From assembly GCA_016780365.1 (NCBI GenBank), contig JADHMB010000004.1, forward strand, positions 6,160 to 70,159: 64,000 nt of DNA, written 5' to 3'. Shown here one piece after another: positions 27,986-37,991 of this stretch (the first letter of the stretch is position 1; each line of letters opens with the position of its first letter). The translations under genes and the position numbers were made by a program. The stretch is from Flavobacteriales bacterium. Its GTDB lineage: Bacteria > Bacteroidota > Bacteroidia > Flavobacteriales_D > Parvicellaceae. Below the pieces are notes generated by a model. It was not told where the DNA came from. It saw only the letters and a list, made by a program, of their open reading frames with translations, and did no database searches.

Positions 27986-30763
27986 CTAGGAACACAAACT
28001 TTTTTGAGGTGGTGCAAACTTTGTTAAATTGATTCCGACTACTGCACTTTCATACTCATCCATGGAAGGTGTTCTACCTAAAATTGCAGAAAGAACAACT
28101 ACTGGTGTAGAAGCCAACAAAGACTCTCCTTTCTTCCTGTCAGAGTCTGCAACAACACGTCCTTGAAATAACCGAGTAGAAGTAGCCATAACAGTATCTC
28201 CTTTTTCAGCTTTTTCTTGATTTCCCATACAAAGGTTACATCCTGGCCTCTCTAAATACATCATATTCTCATATTCCTTACGGGCAGTGTTTTTAGGGGC
28301 ACTGTCGTTAAATACAAAGCCCGAATATTTTTGTAATACATCCCAGTCTCCCTCTGCAGTTAATTCGTCAATAATGTTGTAAGTAGGAGCTGCAACCACT
28401 AGGGGGGCATGAAATTCTACTTTGCCATGAATATCTTCTAAATTTCTAAGCATTTGGGCAAGAATCTTAAGATCTCCCTTATGAACCATACAAGAGCCTA
28501 CAAATCCAAGATCAACTTTTTTATTTCCACCATAATATGAAAGTGGTCTAATAGTATCGTGGGTATATCTTTTAGAAACATCTTCATTATTCACATCTGG
28601 ATCTGCTATCATTGGTTGAGCAATAATATCTAAATCTACTTCAAATTCGGCAAAATACTTAGCATTAGAATCTGGTGTTAATGCAGGTTTTTTTCCTGAT
28701 TTAATTTCTGAAATTCTTTTATTTGCTCTGTCTATAAGACTTTGAAGGACCTTTAGTTTATTGTCCATTCCTTTTTCTATCATTATGCTAATTCTACTTT
28801 TAGCAACCTCTAATGATTCTATAAGAGTATCATCTTCAGAAATACAAATAGAGGCTTTTGCCTTCATTTCTGCAGTCCAATCAGTAAAAGTAAATGCTTT
28901 ATCTGCAAGAAGAGTACCAATATGAACTTCAATAATTTTTCCTTGAAAAACATTTTCTCCGTCAAACCTGTCCAGCATTTGAGATTGTGTAGCGTGAACA
29001 ACATCTCGAAAATCCATATGAGGCTTCATTTCTCCTTTAAAAGTAACTTTTACAGATTCTGGAATGGGCATAGAGGCTTCTCCAGTTGCAAGTGCAAGAG
29101 CAACTGTTCCTGAGTCAGCACCAAAAGCAACTCCCTTAGACATTCTAGTATGAGAATCTCCACCAATAATAATTGCCCAATCGTCTACTGTAAGATCATT
29201 TAAAACCTTATGAATCACATCCGTCATTGCATGGTATTTTCCAAGTGGATCACGAGCAGTAATAAGTCCAAAATCGTTCATAAACCTCATAAGTTTAGGG
29301 ATATTTTCTTGGGCCTTTTTATCCCATACCGATGCTGTATGACATCCAGACTGATAAGCTCCATCAACAATAGGCGAGATAATTGTAGCGGCCATAGACT
29401 CTAATTCTTGGGAGGTCATTAGTCCAGTAGTATCTTGTGAGCCAACTATATTAACCTCAACACGAACATCAGAACCGGCATGTAATACTTTTCCTGGAGT
29501 TGTTCCAACAGCATTTTTATTAAATATTTTTTCTACTGCTGTTAATCCTTGACCTGGATGAGAAATTTCTTTGGAAGGAGCAAACACTACAGGCATATCA
29601 ATACCTAAAGTTTTGGCTGCAAATGTTTGTAATTTTTTTCCAAATACAATTGCATATGAACCGCCTGCTCTCATAAACTCCATTTTTTGGGGAGTAAATG
29701 CTGCAGAAACATCACTTAGTTCTGTTGGTCCATTGTAAAGTTTTTTGTTTTTTGTATTTATGGTGAGAACTGTTCCCGTTTTAACAGAATAAACTTCTTC
29801 TAATACTGGCTCACCATCTGAATCCATCACAGTATTTCCATCTGCGTCTTTTTTCTTAACCCAATTTTTTAAATCCAAACCTATTCCTCCAGTAACACCT
29901 ACTGTAGTAAGGAAAATTGGAGAAATCCCATTAGTACCAGCAACTACAGGTGCGATATTAATAAATGGAACAAAAGAACTTGCTTGTTTCCCAATCCATA
30001 GTGCTACATTATTTACACCAGACATTCTTGACGATCCAACACCCATAGTTCCTTTTTCTGCTATCAACATAATTGTTTTATCTGGGTGCTTCTCTTTTAA
30101 AGCTAGGAGTTCATTTTGACGTTCTACATTGTGTTCAAACATACATTTACCATGTAACTCTCTATCTGATCTAGAATGGGCATCACTTCCGGGAGATAAT
30201 AAATCTGTAGATATATCTCCTACTCCAGCTACATAGGTAACTACTTTTATTTCATCTTTAACTGCTGGAAGTTTGGTAAAAAATTCTGCATTTGCATAAC
30301 TTTCTAAAATCTCTTTGGCTAATAAATTTCCATTACTATATGCATCTTCTAATCGAGACATATCAGCTTCATAAAGAAAAACTTGAGTCTTAAGTACTTT
30401 AGCTGCTTGTTTGGCATTAGAAGAATCGCTACTTAAAGCTAAATCAAGAAGAACGTCAATAGAAGGACCACCTTTCATGTGAGACAATAGTTCAAAGGCA
30501 AAAGCTGGTGAAATTTCTTCTAAAGAGAAGGTTTTAAGGATGATTTCTTTTAAAAATTTAGCTTTAACTGCTGCAGCACTTGTTGTTCCAGGAATAACAT
30601 TGTAGGTAAAGAAATTAATTGAATCGCCTCTATATTGGTGGGTTTCATCTTTTATTTGGTTAATAATTTCACTGAGTAATTCTCCATCTTCAATTGGCTT
30701 AGGGTGAAGCCCATCTTTTTTTCGCAAATCAATTTCTTTTAAGTACTCTTGGTATAAACTCAT
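27986..30763 (-). CDS. acnB: Aconitate hydratase B (bifunctional aconitase 2 / 2-methylisocitrate dehydratase type)
   Basis: 925 aa. Has an AcnB-type N-terminal HEAT-like domain (YLKEIDLRKKDGLHPKPI), swivel and catalytic regions with GGDSHT, and Cys ligand contexts (GCHTAS, GSCM, PGCNLCMGNQ). Confidence 0.9.
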   Translation of the reverse strand: MSLYQEYLKEIDLRKKDGLHPKPIEDGELLSEIINQIKDETHQYRGDSINFFTYNVIPGTTSAAAVKAKFLKEIILKTFSLEEISPAFAFELLSHMKGGPSIDVLLDLALSSDSSNAKQAAKVLKTQVFLYEADMSRLEDAYSNGNLLAKEILESYANAEFFTKLPAVKDEIKVVTYVAGVGDISTDLLSPGSDAHSRSDRELHGKCMFEHNVERQNELLALKEKHPDKTIMLIAEKGTMGVGSSRMSGVNNVALWIGKQASSFVPFINIAPVVAGTNGISPIFLTTVGVTGGIGLDLKNWVKKKDADGNTVMDSDGEPVLEEVYSVKTGTVLTINTKNKKLYNGPTELSDVSAAFTPQKMEFMRAGGSYAIVFGKKLQTFAAKTLGIDMPVVFAPSKEISHPGQGLTAVEKIFNKNAVGTTPGKVLHAGSDVRVEVNIVGSQDTTGLMTSQELESMAATIISPIVDGAYQSGCHTASVWDKKAQENIPKLMRFMNDFGLITARDPLGKYHAMTDVIHKVLNDLTVDDWAIIIGGDSHTRMSKGVAFGADSGTVALALATGEASMPIPESVKVTFKGEMKPHMDFRDVVHATQSQMLDRFDGENVFQGKIIEVHIGTLLADKAFTFTDWTAEMKAKASICISEDDTLIESLEVAKSRISIMIEKGMDNKLKVLQSLIDRANKRISEIKSGKKPALTPDSNAKYFAEFEVDLDIIAQPMIADPDVNNEDVSKRYTHDTIRPLSYYGGNKKVDLGFVGSCMVHKGDLKILAQMLRNLEDIHGKVEFHAPLVVAAPTYNIIDELTAEGDWDVLQKYSGFVFNDSAPKNTARKEYENMMYLERPGCNLCMGNQEKAEKGDTVMATSTRLFQGRVVADSDRKKGESLLASTPVVVLSAILGRTPSMDEYESAVVGINLTKFAPPQKSLCS

Positions 30764-30922
30764 ATTTTAAAGACTTTTAAATTTTTTAAAATTTGGAAAT
30801 TACAAACTACCTTACAGATTACAATCCAAAAATTTTAGGATTCAAATTTACTGAATTTGAGCGAAGTAACAAAGATAGTTTGCTCAATATTAAATAAAAA
30901 AAACTGTTTTAAAAGAGGCAAT

Positions 30923-31621
30923 TTATAGAAGAATATTTTTAATTTCTTTTAAGCTCGTAACTTCTTTCCATACATTTGAATTATTTGATTTTTGATTAGG
31001 GTTAAAATATATAGCTTTCATTCCCAACTCTAAAGCGCCTTGAATATCTGTGTTTAAATCATCACCTATCATTACAGAATTCTCTAGACTTGCTCCAGCT
31101 TTTTCTAAAGCATAATTAAATATTAAAGGACTTGGTTTCTTTGCTCCTGCCATTTCAGATGTTACAACTATTTTAAAAAATTTAGACAACCCAGACTGGT
31201 CAATTTTGACATGTTGCACTTCCTCAAAACCATTGGTAATTATATGCAATTGATAATTATGCTGTAGTTCGGTTAGTAACTCTATAGTATTTGGAATTAA
31301 AATTGTTCTGTAAGGAGAGTTTTTTACGTAATCATCCCCAATTTTAATTGAAAGCTCTAAATTATAAATGCCAAAATATTCAAGGGTTTCTTTAAATCTC
31401 TCGAATCTTAAATTTTCTTTACTAAGTTGATTTAATCTATATCTTTCCCAGCACTTTTCATTAATTTTTTTATAAACTTTTACAAATTCTTCTGCTATGG
31501 AAATTCCTTTTTGATGCAAATTGTGACAATTGTATAAATTAATCAATTCATTAAAAGAATTGGTTTCAAAATCCCATAAAGTTCTGTCTAAATCAAAAAA
31601 CAAATGCTTTATATCCATCAA
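30923..31621 (-). CDS. HAD-superfamily hydrolase (subfamily IA, YjjG-like nucleotidase type)
   Basis: Has motif I FFDLDRTLWDF, motif II ITNG, and motif III/IV K(K)P...IGDDLNTDI. The start is either the TTG at 31621 or the ATG at 31618. Confidence 0.7.
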   Translation of the reverse strand: MMDIKHLFFDLDRTLWDFETNSFNELINLYNCHNLHQKGISIAEEFVKVYKKINEKCWERYRLNQLSKENLRFERFKETLEYFGIYNLELSIKIGDDYVKNSPYRTILIPNTIELLTELQHNYQLHIITNGFEEVQHVKIDQSGLSKFFKIVVTSEMAGAKKPSPLIFNYALEKAGASLENSVMIGDDLNTDIQGALELGMKAIYFNPNQKSNNSNVWKEVTSLKEIKNILL

Positions 31622-32064
31622 TTAAAAATAAAGTGATTTATAAAGGTTAAAATAAAAGAAATTGAAGCAAGAGAGGTAAAGACTAACCAATAAGTCAATT
31701 TCCTATCTCCATAAAATTTAAGAACTACAAAAGTTCCTATTGGAATTGTTAAAAAAACTGGGGCTAGTGAGCACAAAATTAAATAACCTAATTTTGAATT
31801 TTTAATTCTAATTATTATCCTATTTCTTTTCTTGAAATTTTTTTTGCTCTTTTTTAAAAAAACTCTGTCTTTGGAAGGATTATTTTTAAAAAAAATAAAT
31901 CGTCCAATCAAATAGGAAACATTGTAACAGAACAATGCGCCGAGGGTAGATGATAATAAAATTTCTAGAAAATTTAAGTCTGTTGTGGCTTCTGCAATTG
32001 ATGCAGCAAATAAAAACTTAACATGTGCTAAAAAAAATACATATACATAGACATCCCAACTCAT
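31618..32064 (-). CDS. Small 4-TM membrane protein of unknown function
   Basis: 148 aa with four hydrophobic helices and a basic central loop (KKSKKNFKKRNR). The start overlaps the upp stop (ATGA), and the stop overlaps the HAD ATG. Confidence 0.5.
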   Translation of the reverse strand: MSWDVYVYVFFLAHVKFLFAASIAEATTDLNFLEILLSSTLGALFCYNVSYLIGRFIFFKNNPSKDRVFLKKSKKNFKKRNRIIIRIKNSKLGYLILCSLAPVFLTIPIGTFVVLKFYGDRKLTYWLVFTSLASISFILTFINHFIFN

Positions 32065-32717
32065 TCATCTTCTTTTTTTCCAAACGCCAAATCTCCAGCA
32101 TCTCCTAGTCCTGGAACAATATAAGACTCACTAGTCATTTTAGAATCAATTCCTCCAATCCAAAGGGTAGTGTCTTCAGGAAAGTTTTTGGAAATATATT
32201 CAACCCCTTGTTCACTTCCAATAACACAAACAATATGAATTTTAGAAGGAGTCCCTTTTTTTAAAAGCGCCTTATAAGCTAAAACTATAGACCTTCCGGT
32301 AGCCAACATTGGATCTGAAAGCAAAACAATCTTATCTGTTAAGTTAGGACTTGCCATATATTGAATCTCCACCTCAAATTCTTCTTTACTAGTGTGTTTC
32401 CGGTATGCTGAAATAAAACAATTTTCAGCGTTGTCGTAATATTTTAATAATCCATTGTGAAGGGGTAAGCCAGCTCTCAAAACAGTGGCTAAAACCAAGT
32501 TTTCGGATGGAACAGAAGTTTTGGAAGTACCAAGAGGAGTTTTAGTGACTTGGGAATAACCCTGTAAAGTTTTACTAATTTCATAAGCAGATATCTCCCC
32601 TAAACGCTCTAGATTCTTTCTAAATCTCATACTGTCTTTTTGAATATTTTCGTCTCTAAGCTCCGATAAAAACTTATTGTAAAGAGATGAATACTGACTA
32701 AAATTATAAACTTTCAT
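32061..32717 (-). CDS. upp: Uracil phosphoribosyltransferase
   Basis: Has the PRPP-binding loop LLSDPMLATGRS, a C-terminal IVPGLGDAGD, and a length of 218 aa. Confidence 0.92.
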   Translation of the reverse strand: MKVYNFSQYSSLYNKFLSELRDENIQKDSMRFRKNLERLGEISAYEISKTLQGYSQVTKTPLGTSKTSVPSENLVLATVLRAGLPLHNGLLKYYDNAENCFISAYRKHTSKEEFEVEIQYMASPNLTDKIVLLSDPMLATGRSIVLAYKALLKKGTPSKIHIVCVIGSEQGVEYISKNFPEDTTLWIGGIDSKMTSESYIVPGLGDAGDLAFGKKEDE

Positions 32718-32744
32718 GGTATGAATTTAACGAACAAAAGTGGA

Positions 32745-34025
32745 TTAATCTAACCAAGTTGTCTCAAAGACTGATCTCCATCCTTTCCACCTGTCCTGAT
32801 TACTTAAGGATTCGTTATGCCAAACAGCATTAAATGCACCGTTAACTTTTCTCACTTCATGCTTTATTTTAGAGATTAGTTTAGATGAATATTCTGGAGT
32901 CATATTTAATTTATCATTTAAAACACCATCCATATATGCAAATGGAAATATTTTTAAATCTGTGGTACATTCATTCTCTAGATCATAAAAATAAAATGGT
33001 GTACAGGTTCCAGCTCTAAAGCCTATTCTATCTGAAAAACCCATGCTGTAATCCTGCTTAATTCCAGCTTTCAATAAAATCTGATAGGATGTTGGAAAGT
33101 TGAATTTAAGATAATGAAATCTAGAAATACTTGTTTTACTGGTAATTTTATCTATTCTAGAAATTTCCATCTTTAATATCTCTAAATTATTAAATGACGT
33201 ATAAGACGGGTGAATTCCAGTTAAATGTTTCTTGGATATAGAACGTATTAAATTTATTAAATAAGGATGCTTGTGATTGATGTTCTTATCCATCTTCGCA
33301 TAATCACCTAACAAAAAGAAAAAGATTGATTTTAATTGATTTGTTTTTAAAAATTCAAGAATGTAATCATAGTTATCATATGGGTCTTTAATTTTCCCTA
33401 TAAGAAATTCAAGTCTTTGCTTTAGCTTATAAAATCTAAAACTAATTAAATCTTTAAAAAACGAACCAAAAGATCTCGAGAAACCCTTATACTTAAAAGC
33501 ATAAGCATTGTCAATATCAAAAGTAGGATACTGATGGAATTTTCTTGGGGAAGTTATTTCCACATTAAATTTTGCATTTAATTGACTTAATAGCGAAAAA
33601 CACCACTGATCAACTATAGGATTTTGCTCTAAATTTAATTTTACTAGACTAGAATTGCTAGAAATAAATCTCTGGTGCTCATCATAATCTTTAGTATAGT
33701 ACTCTTCCATTCTAGATATTATAAAAAAAATAGAACTTAAAATATCAAAATCGTGATCGCCTTTTTCTTCAGGGAAAAAGTAGTTTGACTTGTTTTTTAA
33801 GAAAATATACTTTTTAAAATCCCAATTGCCATCTACTAGAAATCCTGATGGCTGTATTTGATAATTTTGAAATGGAAGTATCTCATCTGAATAATTAAGT
33901 ATAACTCCTTCTAAATTTGTTGAATCTTGAGTCCATTTAAATTCAATTTCTAATAGATTTTCAAAAATAAAATGGAGTACATATTCCAATCTAGAACTTT
34001 TTACAGATGAATATACAGTAATCAT
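32745..34025 (-). CDS. Polysaccharide-deacetylase-like family protein (function unknown)
   Basis: The C-terminal half (HPSY..., SRFHYLKF..., GFSDRIGFRAGTCTPFYFYD) resembles a conserved deacetylase-like family often found beside wecB. It overlaps wecB by 4 nt. The call rests on recollection, not a search. Confidence 0.4.
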   Translation of the reverse strand: MITVYSSVKSSRLEYVLHFIFENLLEIEFKWTQDSTNLEGVILNYSDEILPFQNYQIQPSGFLVDGNWDFKKYIFLKNKSNYFFPEEKGDHDFDILSSIFFIISRMEEYYTKDYDEHQRFISSNSSLVKLNLEQNPIVDQWCFSLLSQLNAKFNVEITSPRKFHQYPTFDIDNAYAFKYKGFSRSFGSFFKDLISFRFYKLKQRLEFLIGKIKDPYDNYDYILEFLKTNQLKSIFFFLLGDYAKMDKNINHKHPYLINLIRSISKKHLTGIHPSYTSFNNLEILKMEISRIDKITSKTSISRFHYLKFNFPTSYQILLKAGIKQDYSMGFSDRIGFRAGTCTPFYFYDLENECTTDLKIFPFAYMDGVLNDKLNMTPEYSSKLISKIKHEVRKVNGAFNAVWHNESLSNQDRWKGWRSVFETTWLD

Positions 34026-35164
34026 GAAAATTGATTGAGCATTTCTTGAGCTATGAATGAAGCTGCGTTTCCATTGCCAAAGACTTCAGGAAACTCTAAA
34101 TCTGGATTTGATAGGAATCTTTCTGTGGCTTCTAAAATTATCTTGGAGTTGGTATCTGAAATAACTGCACTTTTAGTTTCTACAATTTCTACCCACTCTG
34201 TTTGAGGTCTTAAAATAATACATGGTTTTTTAAAAAAATAAGCCTCTTTTTGAACTCCTCCACTATCTGTTATTATTAATTCAGCATTTTTCTCTAGTGC
34301 AATCATATCTAGAAAACCAGCTGGATTAATAATGGTAAGTAAATTAGATTCTTGGATTTTCTTTAAAAGTATAGAATCTAAAAGCTGCTCCATCATTTTA
34401 GAAGTCCTTGGGTGCAATGGAAGAATAATTTTTAGCTGGTGTATTTCAGTAATTTCTAAAAAAGTAGAAAATAAATCTGTTAATTTAATTTTAGAATCGG
34501 TATTGTCATTTCTATGAACTGTTGCTAAAATGAATTTTTCATTTCGCAATTTTAATTTTTCTAAAATATCTGAATTTTCATCGCTAAGCTTAGAAAAGTA
34601 AAGACTATTGTCATACATAACATCACCGCAATGGTAAATGTTTGGGTGATCTGCAGATGCTTTATTTGAATATTCTTTTGAAAAACCTTCATTTAGAAGA
34701 TTGTTAAATCCGCTTTTTGTTGGCGAAAAAAGTAAAGTGGAAACATGATCACACAAAATTCTATTTATTTCCTCTGGCATTTTTTTATTAAATGATCTAA
34801 GACCAGACTCTATATGGACAATAGGAATATGAAGCTTCGAAGCAGCTATAGCTGAAGCTAAAGTAGAATTGGTGTCGCCGTAAACAACTACAGCATCTGG
34901 AGAATATTCTTGCATTACTTTTTCAATTTTCTCAATCATTAATGCTGTTTGAGCTCCATGAGAAGAAGAACCTACTTTTAAATTAATTTGTGGTTTGGGA
35001 ATTTCTAGTTCAGTAAAGAAAACATCAGACATGTTTTTATCATAATGCTGACCTGTATGCACTATTATCTCTTCAATATTATGAAAGTTATTTGAAATAA
35101 CTCTGGATAAAGCTGCAGCTTTTATAATTTGAGGCCTTGCCCCTACTATAGTTAAAATTATCAT
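34022..35164 (-). CDS. wecB: UDP-N-acetylglucosamine 2-epimerase (non-hydrolysing)
   Basis: N-terminus MIILTIVGARPQIIKAA, HTGQHYD, VYGDTNSTLA, HIESGLRS and TDSGGVQKEA. Confidence 0.9.
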   Translation of the reverse strand: MIILTIVGARPQIIKAAALSRVISNNFHNIEEIIVHTGQHYDKNMSDVFFTELEIPKPQINLKVGSSSHGAQTALMIEKIEKVMQEYSPDAVVVYGDTNSTLASAIAASKLHIPIVHIESGLRSFNKKMPEEINRILCDHVSTLLFSPTKSGFNNLLNEGFSKEYSNKASADHPNIYHCGDVMYDNSLYFSKLSDENSDILEKLKLRNEKFILATVHRNDNTDSKIKLTDLFSTFLEITEIHQLKIILPLHPRTSKMMEQLLDSILLKKIQESNLLTIINPAGFLDMIALEKNAELIITDSGGVQKEAYFFKKPCIILRPQTEWVEIVETKSAVISDTNSKIILEATERFLSNPDLEFPEVFGNGNAASFIAQEMLNQFS

Positions 35165-35284
35165 CTAATAAATTAAATTATCAATACCAATAAATATAAC
35201 AAACTTCTATTTACAGAACTTATTATACAACATAATGAATAAAAAATTTTGGATTTAACCGTTAAATTTCATGATTTATTATGC

Positions 35285-35313
35285 AAAAAAAAAAGAGCTA
35301 TTAAAGCTCTTTT
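35285..35313 (-). terminator. Rho-independent terminator downstream of rpsT (symmetrical A-run/T-run)
   Basis: AGAGCT (35294-35299) and AGCTCT (35305-35310) form a stem with a 5-nt loop. On the minus strand the hairpin is followed by a run of ten T. Confidence 0.6.
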
Positions 35314-35338
35314 AAATATTTTTAGAAATTACTAAATT

Positions 35339-35590
35339 TTATAAAGCGTTAACTTTTTTAGTAAGTTTTGACTTAAGGTTGGAAGCTTTATTTTTATGAA
35401 TGATATTTTTCTTCACTAACTTATCTATCATAGAAGATACAAATACTAAAAGAGAACTAGCCTCTTTTTTATCCGTAGTTTCTCTAAGCTTCTGAATAGC
35501 TGTTCGAGCAGACTTGTGCTGGTACTTATTTCTAAAGGTCTTGTCTTTATTGGACCTAATTCTTTTTATTGCAGATTTATGGTTTGCCAT
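35339..35590 (-). CDS. rpsT: 30S ribosomal protein S20
   Basis: 83 aa, with N-terminus MANHKSAIKRIR and a highly basic composition. Confidence 0.93.
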   Translation of the reverse strand: MANHKSAIKRIRSNKDKTFRNKYQHKSARTAIQKLRETTDKKEASSLLVFVSSMIDKLVKKNIIHKNKASNLKSKLTKKVNAL

Positions 35591-35605
35591 ATTATTTTAT
35601 TTTAG

Positions 35606-35677
35606 TAGCCCGTAGGGGAATCGAACCCCTGTTTCCAGGATGAAAACCTGGCGTCCTAACCCCTAGACGAACGGGCC
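35606..35677 (-). tRNA. tRNA-Glu (anticodon UUC)
   Basis: The hand-folded cloverleaf is GGCCCGU-UC-GUCU-AGGGGUUA-GGAC-G-CCAGG-UUUUCAU-CCUGG-AAAC-AGGGG-UUCGAUU-CCCCU-ACGGGCU-A. It has a 4-nt variable loop and a G1-U72 wobble, and CCA is not encoded. Confidence 0.9.
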
Positions 35678-35696
35678 ATTTTTATCAAATGGAGCG

Positions 35697-35726
35697 CAAA
35701 TTTAGTTTTTTTTTTAGTTAGGCAAA
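35697..35726 (-). promoter_or_regulatory. Bacteroidetes-type promoter for tRNA-Glu (and possibly rpsT)
   Basis: On the minus strand there is a TTTG at 35726-35723, an 18-nt spacer, then TAAATTTG (the TAnnTTTG -7 box) at 35704-35697. This box ends 20 nt upstream of the tRNA 5' end. Confidence 0.5.
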
Positions 35727-35747
35727 AAAAAATCAAATTAAATAAAA

Positions 35748-36437
35748 TTAAATTTCGTCATTATTGCTCTCAAATACGAAGCCCAATCTTTTAGCGGTTC
35801 TTAATTTATGATGGTCTCCAACTTGTTTTACCTCGTTAACAGAAACTTTATTTACAAGGTCATAACTAGGTACCAAAAGGTCAAAGTCTAAGGAATACAA
35901 TATAGCAGACTGGACAATAGATTTAAGCTTGTCTTTATCCACAGTTGCATTAATAAAGTCGTTGTACAAAAAACCCAATTGTCTTTTGCCTTGAACCATG
36001 AAATGGTTTTCATGATTGATAAATAATCTTCCTATTAAATATCCTAAATCGTTGGATCTGTTATATTTAAAAGAATCGTTTAAGAAATTATAAATATTAA
36101 TTAAACCACAATAACCTCTATTTGTATTTTCTGAAATATAGCTCGTCTTCCAGAGACTATTTTCTGGATCAAATTTGAAAACATTAGAATGCATTTGAAA
36201 AACCAATAAATCACCCGAAACTCGTAATTGAGCTTCAAACTCTCCAGAATCTTTGTATTCAATTATTATTCTTTCGTCAATATCCGAAAGCTTATCGTTT
36301 AAATCATCTCCTATTTCCTTTAAGACTCCTTTAAGGACTTTGAAATTTAAAATGATATTGCTAAAAACATCCTGCTTAAGAACACTCTTGTCCTTAATTA
36401 AATTGAAAAGTAATTCTTGGTTTTTTTTATAATCCAT
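35748..36437 (-). CDS. Hypothetical cytoplasmic protein (no recognised domain)
   Basis: 229-aa ORF with no competing frame and no signal peptide or TM segment. It sits 9 nt downstream of proS. Confidence 0.5.
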   Translation of the reverse strand: MDYKKNQELLFNLIKDKSVLKQDVFSNIILNFKVLKGVLKEIGDDLNDKLSDIDERIIIEYKDSGEFEAQLRVSGDLLVFQMHSNVFKFDPENSLWKTSYISENTNRGYCGLINIYNFLNDSFKYNRSNDLGYLIGRLFINHENHFMVQGKRQLGFLYNDFINATVDKDKLKSIVQSAILYSLDFDLLVPSYDLVNKVSVNEVKQVGDHHKLRTAKRLGFVFESNNDEI

Positions 36438-36446
36438 TGATTATTT

Positions 36447-37922
36447 TTAATATGCTCTAGCAAATATAACTTTCTTAGAATTAGGTTCCCCAGTGAGGAC
36501 ACAATTTCCATTTTCAGAACCCTCCAAAGGAATACACCTGATAGTAGCTTTTGTTAAATCTTTAATTTTTTGTTCAGAAATAGAATCTCCATTCCAAAAA
36601 GCTTCTACAAAACCACCTTTAGTATTTAGAATTTGGTTCATTTGATCAATTGAATCTACCTGAATAGTATTTTCATTTAAAAACAAACTAGCTTTTGAAA
36701 ATAATTCTTCTTGAATTTTATCCAGAGTCTCTAACAATAACTTTGGCAAACCTTCTTGTGCAACTGTAGATTTAGTTAAATTATCTCTTCTTGCTAGTTC
36801 CACAGTTTTGTTTTCCATATCCCTTGGACCAACTGCAATTCTAAGCGGAACCCCTTTCATTTCATATTCTGCGAACTTCCAACCAGGTTTTTTATTATCG
36901 TCATTATCAAATTTTACTGAAATATTAAGTTCTGAAAGTTCTTTTTTTAATTTACTAGCATAATCGGAAATAATATTAAGTTGATCTTCATTTTTGTAAA
37001 TAGGAACTATTACTATTTGAATTGGAGACAATTTAGGTGGCAAAACAAGACCTTTGTCATCTGAATGGGTCATAATTAGAGCACCCATAAGTCTAGTAGA
37101 AACACCCCACGAAGTAGCCCAAACATGATTCTTTTTTCCTTCTTTATCTGCATAAGTAACATCAAATGCTTTTGCAAAGTTTTGACCTAAAAAATGGGAG
37201 GTGCCTGCCTGTAAAGCTTTACCATCTTGCATAAGAGCTTCAATACAGTAGGTTTCTTCAGCACCAGCAAATCTTTCATTTTCTGATTTAACCCCTTTTA
37301 TAACTGGAACTGCCATGAAATTTTCTACAAAGTTTGCATAAACATCTAGCATCTGCTCGGTTTCTTCAATAGCTTCTAATTTAGTAGCATGAGCTGTATG
37401 TCCTTCTTGCCATAAAAACTCAGAAGTTCTAAGGAAAAGTCTTGTTCTCATTTCCCATCTAACAACATTGGCCCACTGGTTCACTAATATTGGCAAATCT
37501 CTGTAGGATTGAATCCATTTTTTATACGTATTCCAAATAATTGTTTCAGAAGTTGGTCTTATAATTAATTCTTCTTCTAATTTGGCAGCTGGATCAACTA
37601 CAACGCCAGAACCATCCTCAGAGTTTTTTAGTCTGTAGTGGGTAACTACTGCACATTCTTTTGCGAAACCTTCTACATGAGCAGCTTCTTTACTTAAATA
37701 AGATTTTGGAATAAGTAATGGAAAGTAAGCATTTTGATGTCCAGTTTCCTTAAACATTACATCTAATTGATCTTTGATTTTTTCCCAAATAGCATAACCA
37801 TAAGGTTTAATAATCATACATCCTCTAACATCGGAGTGCTCTGCTAAGTCGGCTTTTAAAACTAACTCATTATACCATCTTGAAAAATCTTCACTTCTTT
37901 TAACTATACCATTTGACGACAT
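36447..37922 (-). CDS. proS: Proline--tRNA ligase (archaeal/eukaryote-like type)
   Basis: 491 aa. Has an N-terminal [12 protein letters not shown], class II motifs ([31 protein letters not shown]) and a C-terminal ...FARAY. Confidence 0.92.
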   Translation of the reverse strand: MSSNGIVKRSEDFSRWYNELVLKADLAEHSDVRGCMIIKPYGYAIWEKIKDQLDVMFKETGHQNAYFPLLIPKSYLSKEAAHVEGFAKECAVVTHYRLKNSEDGSGVVVDPAAKLEEELIIRPTSETIIWNTYKKWIQSYRDLPILVNQWANVVRWEMRTRLFLRTSEFLWQEGHTAHATKLEAIEETEQMLDVYANFVENFMAVPVIKGVKSENERFAGAEETYCIEALMQDGKALQAGTSHFLGQNFAKAFDVTYADKEGKKNHVWATSWGVSTRLMGALIMTHSDDKGLVLPPKLSPIQIVIVPIYKNEDQLNIISDYASKLKKELSELNISVKFDNDDNKKPGWKFAEYEMKGVPLRIAVGPRDMENKTVELARRDNLTKSTVAQEGLPKLLLETLDKIQEELFSKASLFLNENTIQVDSIDQMNQILNTKGGFVEAFWNGDSISEQKIKDLTKATIRCIPLEGSENGNCVLTGEPNSKKVIFARAY

Positions 37923-37991
37923 ATAAATATATTTGACAGTCTAAATTACCAATTTGAAGGGATATGTGAGAAGGAATAGTAAATAAATACC

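Noticed and set aside
35281-35340. A short ORF (MIYYAKKKRAIKALLNIF...) lies in the wecB-rpsT spacer.
   Set aside because: It is made up of the A-run, hairpin and T-run of the rpsT terminator, so it is not credible as coding sequence.
35606-35677. The G1-U72 wobble at the top of the tRNA-Glu acceptor stem might indicate a pseudo-tRNA.
   Set aside because: The rest of the cloverleaf, the T-loop (UUCGAUU), the 4-nt variable loop and the anticodon loop are canonical. A single G-U pair is compatible with function.
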